A stretch of DNA of 64,000 bases from a virus (IMGVR_UViG_3300030102_006261:1-64000); one strand, 5' to 3'; shown: positions 44,931-55,522, numbered from the stretch's first letter. Numbers and translations: made by a program. The notes: generated by a model from the sequence alone, not told the origin.

Positions 44931-45703
44931 TGTTTGAATATTATAACAATGAGGCTTTACGTAAACTGGTAATTGGATTTGGTTCATTATTTGATGATAT
45001 TCTAGTCTCAAAAGATGATAACCAAGGAAACTCTTTAGAAAAAATTAGAGTCCCTCTTTCATATGGACCTAAAGAAAAATTCATACAAAGAATACGACAG
45101 TTAAGCTCGATATCAGACGAGGTTCGTTTACAGACCACAATGCCCAGGCTGGCATTTGAGTTACTGAGTCTAACTTATGATCCAACAAGAAAAGCTAACA
45201 AACTAAGAAAAACTTCAAAAATATATGATACAGGCGCAACTAGCTTTAGTTTTTCAGAAGTTCCTTATATTGCATCTTTCGGTCTTTACACTTTCACTAG
45301 AAATATCAACGAAAACTTGCAAGTTATAGAGCAGATATTACCATACTTTCAACCAGAATTTGTAATATCATTAAATATAAACGAGGTAAACAAAAGAGTT
45401 GACGTTCCTATCATACTAAACGGTCTTAGTATAACCGAAGATTATGAGGGTGGTTATGATACTCGAAGAAGTGTCAACACCGTTTTTCAGTTCACCGCAA
45501 AGACCTACGTTTACGGACCAATCAAAACTAAGCCAATTATTACAGGTGTTACTGCTGAAATATTCAACATTCTAGGTAACACTGGTTTTGGTGGAGATGG
45601 TTTTACATCAGAGTCTATCGGTATTGTTGGTGCTACCGGAGAAATTACTAGTGACGGAACACTCACAAGAAATAAACCTTTTGATACGGATGCGGGAGTA
45701 TAA
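44930..45703 (+). CDS. gp15: Tail sheath stabiliser / terminator
   Basis: FG.LF.DI, VPL.YGPKEKF, QV.EQILPYFQP, F.AKTY.YGP. Confidence 0.95.
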   Translation: MFEYYNNEALRKLVIGFGSLFDDILVSKDDNQGNSLEKIRVPLSYGPKEKFIQRIRQLSSISDEVRLQTTMPRLAFELLSLTYDPTRKANKLRKTSKIYDTGATSFSFSEVPYIASFGLYTFTRNINENLQVIEQILPYFQPEFVISLNINEVNKRVDVPIILNGLSITEDYEGGYDTRRSVNTVFQFTAKTYVYGPIKTKPIITGVTAEIFNILGNTGFGGDGFTSESIGIVGATGEITSDGTLTRNKPFDTDAGV

Positions 45704-46155
45704 TGAGTGAATCTAGTTATGATAAAATTTCTGATGCATTAGAGACAACATTCAAATCGAAAGAAATAGTGAAAAAAGAAGTAAAGGAAATTTCGGTATC
45801 TGATGAGGACCGATTTAAAAAAGACTTCTCTGACGTTAGAACTAATATCAGAGAATTGATCGACACCGGAAAAGATGCGATTGATGGGATACTTAAAGTG
45901 GCTACAGAGGGTGATGCCCCTCGTGCGTATGAGGTGGTATCACAATTGTTAAAAACTGTCTCTGAAATGAACCACGATTTAATCGATCTACATAAGAAAA
46001 CAAAAGATATAACAAAGGAGGAGACAGTAAATAATACACATAATTCAATTTATGTGGGCTCAACCTCCGATTTACAGGACTTAATTAACTCCTCACGGAG
46101 TAGAAAAAAAGTTATACAAAATGAAAATGTAATTGATCATGACGACGAAACGTGA
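45703..46155 (+). CDS. gp16: Terminase small subunit
   Basis: PRAYEV, N.IYVGST.DLQ. Confidence 0.93.
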   Translation: MSESSYDKISDALETTFKSKEIVKKEVKEISVSDEDRFKKDFSDVRTNIRELIDTGKDAIDGILKVATEGDAPRAYEVVSQLLKTVSEMNHDLIDLHKKTKDITKEETVNNTHNSIYVGSTSDLQDLINSSRSRKKVIQNENVIDHDDET

Positions 46156-47788
46156 CGGATATTTAGGAAACCCAAATCTAAAAGCAGCGGGTGTTGAATT
46201 AGACTATACCGAGGAGCAAGTCAAAGAATATATTAAATGCTCTCAGGATCCATCCTACTTCATCAAGAAGTACATCAAGGTAGTCTCTCTAGACGAAGGA
46301 TTGGTACCATTTGGATTATATGACTACCAAGAAGATATAATAGAAACTGTTCACAACAACCGATTTGTGATCGCAAAACTACCTCGTCAGTCAGGTAAGT
46401 CAACAACAATTATTGCCTATATTTTACATTATATTATGTTCAATCAGAGCATGAGTGTTGCAGTTCTTGCAAACAAGCAATCAACCGCACGAGATATTTT
46501 ATCTCGTTTGAAGTTAGCATATGAATATTTACCATTATGGCTTCAGCAGGGTATAGTTGAATGGAACAAAGGTAGTATTCAACTTGAAAACGGCTCTAAG
46601 ATTCTCGCGTCGTCCACATCAGCATCTGCGGTTCGTGGTGGTTCGTATAACATGATCTTCCTTGATGAGTTCGCTCACGTTCCTGTTCACATTGCGGAGG
46701 AGTTTTTTAGTTCAGTATATCCAACAATTACGTCTGGACAAACCACCAAAGTTCTTATGGTATCAACTCCAAACGGATTGAATATGTTTTATCACTTCTG
46801 GCGAGGTGCGACAAAGAAACAGGGTGAGCCGGGTAAAAATGAGTATATCCCAATTGAGGTTCACTGGAGTAATGTTCCACTATACCCAAATGGTCCTATG
46901 CGAGACGAAGAGTGGAAACGAAAACAGATAGCAAATACGAGTGAGCAGCAATTTGAATCTGAATTCGAATGTGACTTTGTTGGTTCAACGAATACTTTAG
47001 TAAATAGCGCAAAACTAAAATGTTTATCTTGGATTTCACCCATAGAAAAAACAAATGATGGATTGATGATTTATGAGCAACCAAAAAAGGATCATACTTA
47101 TGTAATTACCGTAGACACTGCGAGAGGACAGGGGAAGGACTACAGCGCATTTGCGGTTATTGATATTACCGAGCCACCATATAAAGTGGTAGCTAAGTTT
47201 AGAAACAATTTAATATCACCTTTGGTTTATCCCACTGTTATAAAATCAGTGGCTGAGAAATATAATCAAGCTTTTTGTTTAGTTGAAATTAATGATATTG
47301 GTCAGCAAGTGGCTGATATTTTACATCGTGATTTAGAATATGAACATGTATTGATGACGGTATATAAAGGAAGGGCTGGACAACAAATATCTGGTGGCTT
47401 CGGTGGAGGAGGTACATCTCTCGGTGTTCGAACAACCACACCCGTCAAGAAATTGGGTTGCTCTGTTCTAAAAAGTTTAGTGGAAAATGATAAACTAATC
47501 ATAGAAGATGTTGACATGGTGAATGAAATGATAACCTTTGTAGCAAAAGGTCAATCTTTTGAGGCGGACGAGGGTCACAATGACGATTTAGCCATGTGTT
47601 TAGTTTTATTTGGTTGGTTAACTAGACAGGACTATTTTAAAAACTTAACAAACTTAGACATCAGAACCGACATTTACAAAGAGGAAATGGAAAGAATAGA
47701 AGAGGAGATACTCCCATTTGGGTTCATAAGCACTGAGGACAACACAGATACATATATTGACTCTAATGGAGATAGATGGGAAGCATGA
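46139..47788 (+). CDS. gp17: Terminase large subunit
   Basis: YLGNPNLK, PRQSGKST, IFLDEFA, STPNG, DDL.M.LV. Confidence 0.98.
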   Translation: MTTKRDGYLGNPNLKAAGVELDYTEEQVKEYIKCSQDPSYFIKKYIKVVSLDEGLVPFGLYDYQEDIIETVHNNRFVIAKLPRQSGKSTTIIAYILHYIMFNQSMSVAVLANKQSTARDILSRLKLAYEYLPLWLQQGIVEWNKGSIQLENGSKILASSTSASAVRGGSYNMIFLDEFAHVPVHIAEEFFSSVYPTITSGQTTKVLMVSTPNGLNMFYHFWRGATKKQGEPGKNEYIPIEVHWSNVPLYPNGPMRDEEWKRKQIANTSEQQFESEFECDFVGSTNTLVNSAKLKCLSWISPIEKTNDGLMIYEQPKKDHTYVITVDTARGQGKDYSAFAVIDITEPPYKVVAKFRNNLISPLVYPTVIKSVAEKYNQAFCLVEINDIGQQVADILHRDLEYEHVLMTVYKGRAGQQISGGFGGGGTSLGVRTTTPVKKLGCSVLKSLVENDKLIIEDVDMVNEMITFVAKGQSFEADEGHNDDLAMCLVLFGWLTRQDYFKNLTNLDIRTDIYKEEMERIEEEILPFGFISTEDNTDTYIDSNGDRWEA

Positions 47789-47839
47789 ATTCCTAAATGT
47801 ATATTTGTCTAAATACATTAGTATCATTGGAGAAATAAC

Positions 47840-49189
47840 ATGCCCACAGATATTACTGTATCAGTAAATGACGAACGATTTATAGTACCCAGACAAGAGA
47901 CTTCTAGTGATTTTGTCGCTGGTTTTTTAAGTAAAGTACCAGAAAACGAATTAATACGAGCGTTAGGAAGCACCGGAGAGAGACAACAGGGATTCTTAGT
48001 TGTACCTGAACTGTCTGACTGGTTTGCCCGACTTAATAATCCACTTGGTACAGACATGCTTACCGATGGACATGATGCCTATAGTGGCTCTGAGAACGGA
48101 GCAGCGGCAGGAGCTAGATTAAATGGAACCAACCCACGCTGGCCAGACGGACCAACAGGATCTTGGGAAAGAGAATGGTACGCTGTACACAATTACCTTA
48201 AATATGGTGGTTCCGCTGTTGTTGCTGGCACTGGTTCAGTTCAAAATACAGTCTCACCCAAAAATACTTTAGCTGATTATACAGATCAACTTGACATTAT
48301 CTTCGCTGCTACGGGAGGTGTTTTAGCTAACACTGACATCTCCTTCGTTGCCAATACCAGAGAGGATGTTATTGGTATTCTTGGAGCAGGGTTCAGTGGG
48401 GATGTAATTCCAAGTCTTCTTTACAACGGGTTAACTGGATTTTCTGGACCTGGTATTACTCACAGTAAATATACATTCTCTGTTCCCGGAACTAAATTCC
48501 ATCTTAAAACATCTAGAAACATTCAAACAGAGACTGATTTTGATCTACTTCAGGAATCATTCCTAGCCCCAGACATCGCTGGTTGCTTTGCAAGAACCAT
48601 GGTCGAGGGTAGATCATTCAAATCACCTGCTGGAATGGAAAGAGGAAAAATTTTAGACGTTGTTAGAATAGGAAAAGTTATTAGTGACAATGAATATGAT
48701 CTCCTATACAACGCAGGAATAAACCCAGTTAGAACTTTCCCAGAGGGTTCATTCTTATTCGGAGATAAGTCAGGAGAGTCTGTTCCCGGTGGTGTTAATA
48801 CTGAAGGAGGTGACATTGCCACTCCTCCCATGGGTGGGGAAGTCAATAAGACTGGTGTTAAGGTATTCAGTAGAATCAACGTTGTTAGAACATTCCTTTT
48901 CCTCAAAAATGTCCTCGGTGAGTCTGCCAGAAGATTCTTATTCGAGATCAATGATGGTTCAACAAGACAAGCGTTCATAAGCACAATAACACCAATTCTT
49001 AGGTCTGTTGAAGCAGGAAGAGGAATTAGTGAATTCAGTGTGGTTTGTGATGAGAGTAACAATACACAAGCAGTCATAGATGCGAATGAGTTTGTTGCTG
49101 ACGTGTTTATCAAACCAATAAAATCTATTAACTTTATCAGGTTGAGATTCACTAATAAAGATAATAATCAAGAACTGATCACAGAATAG
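47840..49189 (+). CDS. gp18: Tail sheath protein (short, divergent)
   Basis: SPAG..RG, LY..GINPV, FGDK, FSRINV.R.F, LFE.ND..TR, VVCDESNNT, IKP.KSINFI.L.F. Confidence 0.9.
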   Translation: MPTDITVSVNDERFIVPRQETSSDFVAGFLSKVPENELIRALGSTGERQQGFLVVPELSDWFARLNNPLGTDMLTDGHDAYSGSENGAAAGARLNGTNPRWPDGPTGSWEREWYAVHNYLKYGGSAVVAGTGSVQNTVSPKNTLADYTDQLDIIFAATGGVLANTDISFVANTREDVIGILGAGFSGDVIPSLLYNGLTGFSGPGITHSKYTFSVPGTKFHLKTSRNIQTETDFDLLQESFLAPDIAGCFARTMVEGRSFKSPAGMERGKILDVVRIGKVISDNEYDLLYNAGINPVRTFPEGSFLFGDKSGESVPGGVNTEGGDIATPPMGGEVNKTGVKVFSRINVVRTFLFLKNVLGESARRFLFEINDGSTRQAFISTITPILRSVEAGRGISEFSVVCDESNNTQAVIDANEFVADVFIKPIKSINFIRLRFTNKDNNQELITE

Positions 49190-49198
49190 GAGTAAGTA

Positions 49199-49726
49199 AT
49201 GCCAGGACCATCTAGTCTTTCAACTTTTATTAACGAATTTAAGGGTGGTAACCGCGCTCACCGTTATCGAGTTAGCGGAGAAATTGGACCAACAGATCCA
49301 TCTCGTGGTCTAAATAAATTTTTTGTGCGAGCAGTAAGTCTACCACCATCGCAGATTAATGAAATTCGTATTCCATATAGAGGTAGAATTCTAAAGTGGC
49401 CAGGTGACAGAGTGTATCAACCATGGACTATTAGAATTCTAGATGAAAATGGTAATGATAACAACTTGTGGAAAGCATTCCACAAGTGGAGTGATGAAAT
49501 CAATAACCACATTGAAAATGATCAGAAGTTAGATAACTTGGATGATTTTGCAGTTGACTGGGTAATTGAGCAGGTTGATGAAAATGAAGATGTTACAAAA
49601 AGAATTGATCTTATTGGATGTTGGCCAAATCTAGTGGGTCCAATAGACATGGACGCAAACGCCGTTGACACTTTAGTAGAATTTAACGTGGTAGTGAATT
49701 ATCAATATTATGATTTAGTGGATTAA
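49199..49726 (+). CDS. gp19: Tail tube protein
   Basis: GG.R...Y.V, PYRGR.LK.PGDR.Y..WT. Confidence 0.92.
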   Translation: MPGPSSLSTFINEFKGGNRAHRYRVSGEIGPTDPSRGLNKFFVRAVSLPPSQINEIRIPYRGRILKWPGDRVYQPWTIRILDENGNDNNLWKAFHKWSDEINNHIENDQKLDNLDDFAVDWVIEQVDENEDVTKRIDLIGCWPNLVGPIDMDANAVDTLVEFNVVVNYQYYDLVD

Positions 49727-49739
49727 TTAGGAGTATATT

Positions 49740-51284
49740 ATGGCATTAGACCTATTTGGTTTTACAATAGAAAAGAAGTCTAAACGTGAACAACAGGTAG
49801 AGGCTGTTAAGAAAGAAACTTTTGTTTCTCCAGATGAATACGACGGAAGTTATAACTTCGAAACTGGCGGAGTTTTTGGTACATATGTGGATTTTTCTGG
49901 TGCTGTTCGAGACGAAAACGCAGCACTTTCCATGTACAGAACCATGGCTCTATATCCAGAGGTAGATTCTGCGATAGAGGATATCGTAAATGAAGCGATA
50001 GTTCTCGACGAGGATCGAAGACCTATTAAGTTAGATCTTGATCGTGTTGATATATCTGAAACAATTAAAAATAAAATTTATGATGAGTTTAATATAATTC
50101 TAAAACTATTAGATTTTGGTAAAAAATCACATGAAATTTTTAGACGTTGGTATATTGATTCAAAATTATTTTATCACATTGTAATAGACAAAACAGATCC
50201 AAGACGAGGTATTCAAGACTTGCGAGCGATAGATCCTTTAAACATTAAAAAGGTTAAAAAGGTTCTTCGAGACAAAGAAAAATTAGGTCAAGGTGCCGCT
50301 AAAATCCCAATGGTTACTGGTATGGATGAGTTTTTTGTTTACACAAATACAGACAAAAAATCAATGTACCAAACACCTGCGAGTGGTATCAAGATTAGCT
50401 CAGATTCAATCTGCTACTGTCATTCTGGAATCATAGATGCCAATACAAAACGTGTTGTTGGGTATCTCCAGAAAGCAATTCGACCTCTAAACATGCTCAG
50501 ACAAATAGAAGATGCTGTTGTTATCTACAGAATATCTAGAGCACCAGAGAGAAGAATATTCTACATTGATGTGGGTAATTTACCAAAACAAAAAGCAGAG
50601 CAATATCTTAGATCTCTGATGACTAGGTATAGAAGTAAGTTAGTCTATGATCAGGGTACCGGTGAAATTAGAGACGATAGAAGACATATGTCCATGCTTG
50701 AAGACTACTGGTTGCCTCGTAGAGAGGGTGGTAGGGGAACTGAAATTTCAACTCTTCCCGGTGGACAGAACCTTGGAGAAATGACTGATGTTGAATATCT
50801 TTTGAGAAAGGTATACAACGCTCTGAACGTGCCAATCACCAGAATGTTACCACAAGATGGATTCAATCTAGGTAGATCTGCTGAAATCACTCGTGATGAG
50901 GTTACCTTCTATAAATTTATAGAACGATTGAGAATGAAATTTTCCTTGATGTTCCTACAACTCCTAAGAGTTCAGTTAATACTAAAGGGAGTGATGACAG
51001 AAGAGGAATGGAACACTATTCAGAGTGACATATTCTTTGTTTTTGCAAAGGATTCCTACTTCAATGAGATGAAAGAAGCAGAGGTGCTGAGAAATAGAAT
51101 AGACATGGCAGCAGCACTTGAACCTCTAGTTGGTAAATATTATTCTACCAGATATATTCGTAAAAACATCCTCAAGCAAACAGAAGAAGAAATCAGAATT
51201 ATAGATACTGAAAATATGGCAGAATTAGCGTCTCAACCACAGCAAATGCTACCACCAGGTCAAGAATCGGGAATGATTCAATGA
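49740..51284 (+). CDS. gp20: Portal vertex protein
   Basis: YRISRAPERRIFYIDVGNLPK.KAEQYL, EDYWLPRREGGRGTEI.TLPGGQNLG. Confidence 0.98.
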   Translation: MALDLFGFTIEKKSKREQQVEAVKKETFVSPDEYDGSYNFETGGVFGTYVDFSGAVRDENAALSMYRTMALYPEVDSAIEDIVNEAIVLDEDRRPIKLDLDRVDISETIKNKIYDEFNIILKLLDFGKKSHEIFRRWYIDSKLFYHIVIDKTDPRRGIQDLRAIDPLNIKKVKKVLRDKEKLGQGAAKIPMVTGMDEFFVYTNTDKKSMYQTPASGIKISSDSICYCHSGIIDANTKRVVGYLQKAIRPLNMLRQIEDAVVIYRISRAPERRIFYIDVGNLPKQKAEQYLRSLMTRYRSKLVYDQGTGEIRDDRRHMSMLEDYWLPRREGGRGTEISTLPGGQNLGEMTDVEYLLRKVYNALNVPITRMLPQDGFNLGRSAEITRDEVTFYKFIERLRMKFSLMFLQLLRVQLILKGVMTEEEWNTIQSDIFFVFAKDSYFNEMKEAEVLRNRIDMAAALEPLVGKYYSTRYIRKNILKQTEEEIRIIDTENMAELASQPQQMLPPGQESGMIQ

Positions 51285-51715
51285 ATTCACGTCTAGGAAA
51301 AATCATAAACTATGCTCTCGATAAAAATAAAGATGATTTTTCCTCTTTGTTGCGGGAAGAAATAGAGGAGCGAGTAAATCACATTAAAAAGAGTAAGTAT
51401 CCTGAACTCTTAGATCGACTAGTTTTTTCGCCTAAAGATCAACAAACACTAAATATTAGTGAAGAGGAATATGCTGAATCAATCAAAATAATTCCATTAT
51501 TAAATGAATTAGCAAATAAAAAAGGCAATGTTAGCGTAACGTTTTCAGATAATAGCGAAACAGTAGTAACATCAAAGGATATAGATAGTTTGATTAAACT
51601 GCATGATGCATTAAATGAAGAAAATCAAGTAATTTTAAGATCTTCTTTAGTTGAAAGCAAAGAATCATTTAAAAGTAGTGCTAATTTTGCAAAAAAATAC
51701 ACCAGAAAGGGTTAA
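51281..51715 (+). CDS. Hypothetical protein (prohead core region)
   Basis: Synteny between gp20 and gp21. Confidence 0.65.
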   Translation: MNSRLGKIINYALDKNKDDFSSLLREEIEERVNHIKKSKYPELLDRLVFSPKDQQTLNISEEEYAESIKIIPLLNELANKKGNVSVTFSDNSETVVTSKDIDSLIKLHDALNEENQVILRSSLVESKESFKSSANFAKKYTRKG

Positions 51716-51719
51716 ATAA

Positions 51720-52271
51720 ATGTCCAAGTCTTTAAACATAATTCAGAACATCATTGATGAGAATCTTATCGATGCAAAGAGAGAAACTCAGGCATATCTC
51801 AATGATATATTATCTGAGGCACTTAAAGAAAAATTCGAAGAGGTAGCCCCTACCGTCATCGGAGAAAAGTATCACGGTGATAAAAAGAAAAAGAATAAAA
51901 AAGGTAAGAAGCACTCATGTGCAAATAAAGTAGAGCACGTTGATTGGGGTGAGGGCACCTGTATTAGTGAACACCATGCCAACCCAGATGAAAATGGTTT
52001 TGTCTCTTGGTATGATGTTCAATTTGAACATGGTGTAGAGAAGAGAGTTCCCACCGAGGACCTTACAATTCTTGCTGAGTCCATGCACGAACATGCAGAA
52101 AATCCAGAAGACTTAGACGTGATCGAAGAAGAAGAGGGTAATGACAAAGATGGTGATGGTGATGGCGACTTTGCCGATATTATGATGGCTAGAATGATCA
52201 AGTCTGGTATGTCAAAAGAAGAAGCAATGAAAAAGACCAGAAAGCATAACAAAAAAGGTAAGAAGGATTGA
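51720..52271 (+). CDS. Prohead core protein with appended modules
   Basis: Helical core N-terminus, His/Cys module (HSCA..VEH..WGEG...WYDV.FEHG), DKDGDGD module. Confidence 0.65.
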   Translation: MSKSLNIIQNIIDENLIDAKRETQAYLNDILSEALKEKFEEVAPTVIGEKYHGDKKKKNKKGKKHSCANKVEHVDWGEGTCISEHHANPDENGFVSWYDVQFEHGVEKRVPTEDLTILAESMHEHAENPEDLDVIEEEEGNDKDGDGDGDFADIMMARMIKSGMSKEEAMKKTRKHNKKGKKD

Positions 52272-52275
52272 TCCA

Positions 52276-52923
52276 ATGAAATTAATCACGGAAATGAACG
52301 AGGACGTTCAATTAATCACCGAAAAGCGTGACGATGGAACCAAGGAGTTTTATATCCGTGGTAATTTCATGCAAGCGGGTGTAAAAAACAGAAACAATAG
52401 AATTTATGATATTGATGTTTTATCTCCTGCTGTTGACAAGTATATGACTGAATATGTTGAAAAGAATAGGGCTCTGGGTGAACTCAATCACCCTAGTGGT
52501 CCAACAGTTAACTTGGATAGGGTTTCTCATATCATCAAAGAAATGACTGCCGAAGGTAATAACTTTGTTGGTAAAGCCAAAATTCTCAACACTCCCATGG
52601 GAAAAATTGTACAGAACTTAATTGAAGAGGGTGCATGTCTCGGGGTATCATCTCGGGGAATGGGATCTCTGAAAAAGAACAATAGTGGAATAAATGAGGT
52701 ACAAAAAGATTTCATTCTGTCTGCGGTAGATATCGTGGCAGATCCATCTGCACCTGATGCCTTTGTTGACGGTATCATGGAGGGTAGAGAGTGGATATGG
52801 GATAATGGGGTAATCCGTGAAAAACAAATCGCTGAGTATGAAAGAGTAATCAAGGAATCAACCAGAAAAAACTTAGAAGAAAACGCGATTCGAGCATTCA
52901 AAGATTTCATTTCCAAATTGTAA
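52276..52923 (+). CDS. gp21: Prohead core protease
   Basis: MKLITE, NRN.R.Y, ALGEL.HP, GVSSRGMGS, DIVADPSAPDAFV. Confidence 0.98.
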   Translation: MKLITEMNEDVQLITEKRDDGTKEFYIRGNFMQAGVKNRNNRIYDIDVLSPAVDKYMTEYVEKNRALGELNHPSGPTVNLDRVSHIIKEMTAEGNNFVGKAKILNTPMGKIVQNLIEEGACLGVSSRGMGSLKKNNSGINEVQKDFILSAVDIVADPSAPDAFVDGIMEGREWIWDNGVIREKQIAEYERVIKESTRKNLEENAIRAFKDFISKL

Positions 52924-52964
52924 AAAATTATAAATAACAAAGAATAGGCTTTAAGGAGCACCTA

Positions 52965-53921
52965 ATGGAAGACCAAACAAACATGGCCTCAGAAACTGAG
53001 GATAAGAAAAAGAAAAAGAAGGCAACCCAAGGCACCACACAAGTGGTCCAAGATGCTGAGGGTGGTGGTGATCAAGACGCAGAAGGTAAGGGTACCATGC
53101 TACAAACCCTAGAACCAGTTGCGAACGCACAAACTGCTGCCAACATGGCAACAATCGCATGTCCAAAGATGGAGAGTGTGGATGTTGACGAGTGCATGGG
53201 AGCACTTTTTTCAGATGAAAGTTTATCTGAAGAGTTTGCGTCAAAGGTTCGTGTCGTATTTGAAGCCGCAGTAAACACAAAAATTGAGGACTACAGTGCT
53301 CAAATTCAGGAATCATACGATGAGCTAATCAAAGAGCAACTAACTGATGTTGTTGCTGACTTATCAGAAAAGCTTGATGATTACCTCAACTTTGTAGTCA
53401 CTGAGTGGATGCAAGAAAATGAATTAGCTGTAGAACGAGGAATTAAGTCTGATATTGCAGAAAGCTTTATCTCTGGAATCAAGACTCTATTCGAAAATCA
53501 TTACATTGACGTTCCAAATGAACGTTATGATGTTCTTGATGAATTGTTTGAAGCAAATGAACAACTACAGAGTCAACTTAACGAACAAATTGAAAAGAAC
53601 ATTGATCTTTTCAATGAATTAAAGAATGCAAAGGCACAAGAAATTTTTGTTGAGTCAACTTATGATTTAACTGAGACTCAGAAAGAAAAATTCTTTGATC
53701 TTGCGAAGAACGTGGCGTTCGAAGATGAAACATCATTTGCCGATAAGCTTAACGCTCTTAAAGAAAACTACTTCCCCCTACAACCAGAGGGAATTTTAAC
53801 TGAATCCACTGATCCAATGACAGAAGAAGTCCAAGGATTAAAGGATGTTAATGTTGATTCGTCAATGAACGCTTATGTTTCTCATCTACAACATCAAATG
53901 AGACACGCAAAAAAATCTTAA
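52965..53921 (+). CDS. gp22: Prohead scaffold protein
   Basis: LSEEF..K...VFEAAV, DDYL..V..EWM.EN.LAVE.G, LKENYF; TATAAATA 52929-36. Confidence 0.95.
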   Translation: MEDQTNMASETEDKKKKKKATQGTTQVVQDAEGGGDQDAEGKGTMLQTLEPVANAQTAANMATIACPKMESVDVDECMGALFSDESLSEEFASKVRVVFEAAVNTKIEDYSAQIQESYDELIKEQLTDVVADLSEKLDDYLNFVVTEWMQENELAVERGIKSDIAESFISGIKTLFENHYIDVPNERYDVLDELFEANEQLQSQLNEQIEKNIDLFNELKNAKAQEIFVESTYDLTETQKEKFFDLAKNVAFEDETSFADKLNALKENYFPLQPEGILTESTDPMTEEVQGLKDVNVDSSMNAYVSHLQHQMRHAKKS

Positions 53922-53948
53922 ATTAAAACTCTAAGGAGACAAAAAAAA

Positions 53949-55460
53949 ATGTCTAATTTCGATACTACTACACCTTTTGACGCACTATGCGAGAAGTGGG
54001 ATCCCCTACTTGAGCATGACAGCGTTCAGTCCATCGATGACCCCTACAAAAAGAAGGTCACCGCAGCTCTACTTGAGAACCAAGAGAGAGCCATTCTTGA
54101 GCAGAACTTAAACGAGGCTGCTCCCACCAACAGCATGGGTGCTGCCGCTTTTGGCTACACCGATGGTGTTTCACCATCCAGCCGTCAGGGTGCCCTTCAG
54201 GGTTATGATCCCATTCTGATCAGCCTTGTTCGTCGTGCTATGCCAAACTTAATGGCATATGATCTTGCTGGTGTTCAGCCCATGAGCGCACCCACCGGAC
54301 TCATCTTCGCAATGAGATCCCGTTACGGCGCTGCTCGTGGAACAGCCAACAGCACCACCAACGAAGCACTCTTCCAAGAGCCCTTCGCAGTATTCTCTGG
54401 TGGTGGTTCTGGTGCTACTGTTGGTCACGGTTACGGTAAGACTTCTGGTATTGATGGTACTACCGGTACCACGGCCGACGGTGGACCCACTGCTGCGTTC
54501 TCTGCTGCTGATGGTGTTAAGCCAATTAGTGAATCCGGTACCCGTGGTGGAGACTTCAACAAGCAGAACTTTGAAATGTTCAGAGGAATGCTTACTGGTG
54601 CTGGTGAAGCACTCGGCACTGATGGTAACTCCGCATTCGCAGAGATGAACTTCACCATCGAAAGAATCGCTGTTGAAGCAAGAACTCGTGCCCTCAAGGC
54701 AGAGTACACCACTGAACTCGCTCAGGATCTCCGAGCAGTCCATGGTCTCGACGCTGAAACTGAACTTGCTAACATTCTTAGCACCGAGATTCTCACTGAA
54801 ATCAACCGTGAACTCATCCGCACTCTGTACTATAAGGCTAAGATCGGATGTCAGCAGACTGATATCGAGAACAACGGTGTTTACGATCTGACTCTTGATT
54901 CAGACGGTCGTTGGAGTGCTGAAAGATTCCGTGGACTCATGTTCCAAATCGAGCGTGAGTGTAACGTAATCGCAAAGGAAACTCGCCGTGGTAAGGGTAA
55001 CTTCATCGTCGTTTCGTCCGACGTTGCAAGTGCTCTTGCAATGGGTGGCTTCCTTAACCTTTCACCCGCTCTCAACACTCAGCTAGAAGTTGATGACACT
55101 GGTAACACCTTCGCAGGTATTCTTAACGGTAGGATTCGAGTCTACATCGATCCCTACGCTGCAACCGATACCGATACGGATACCGCTCACTCGAACTTCT
55201 GCCTAGTTGGTTACAAGGGAACCAGCCCATATGATGCAGGTATGTTCTACTGCCCATACGTACCCCTCCAGATGGTACGAGCGGTTGACACCGGTAGCTT
55301 CCAGCCCAAGATCGGGTTCAAGACCCGCTACGGCATGGTTAGCAACCCATTCGCGCAGACAGTTGATATCGCGCAGCCCGGTGGTAACCAGTACTACAGA
55401 CTGTTCGCAGTCAAGAACCTTCACGGTAACAACGCTAACCTCCTCGAAGCTAGCTCCTAA
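53949..55460 (+). CDS. gp23: Major capsid protein
   Basis: LISLVRRAMPNL.AYD..GVQPM..PTGLIFAMR, RALKAEYT.ELAQDL.A.HGLDAE, FQPKIGFKTRYG. Confidence 0.99.
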   Translation: MSNFDTTTPFDALCEKWDPLLEHDSVQSIDDPYKKKVTAALLENQERAILEQNLNEAAPTNSMGAAAFGYTDGVSPSSRQGALQGYDPILISLVRRAMPNLMAYDLAGVQPMSAPTGLIFAMRSRYGAARGTANSTTNEALFQEPFAVFSGGGSGATVGHGYGKTSGIDGTTGTTADGGPTAAFSAADGVKPISESGTRGGDFNKQNFEMFRGMLTGAGEALGTDGNSAFAEMNFTIERIAVEARTRALKAEYTTELAQDLRAVHGLDAETELANILSTEILTEINRELIRTLYYKAKIGCQQTDIENNGVYDLTLDSDGRWSAERFRGLMFQIERECNVIAKETRRGKGNFIVVSSDVASALAMGGFLNLSPALNTQLEVDDTGNTFAGILNGRIRVYIDPYAATDTDTDTAHSNFCLVGYKGTSPYDAGMFYCPYVPLQMVRAVDTGSFQPKIGFKTRYGMVSNPFAQTVDIAQPGGNQYYRLFAVKNLHGNNANLLEASS

Positions 55461-55487
55461 TAGCTGCTGGTTAGTCGAAGTCAAAAT

Positions 55488-55522
55488 AGCAGCGAGGGTC
55501 TTCGGACCCTCGCTGTTTTTTT
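55488..55522 (+). terminator. Intrinsic terminator after gp23
   Basis: AGCAGCGAGGGTC-TTCG-GACCCTCGCTGTT plus T run; late promoter TATAAATA at 55524-31. Confidence 0.92.
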
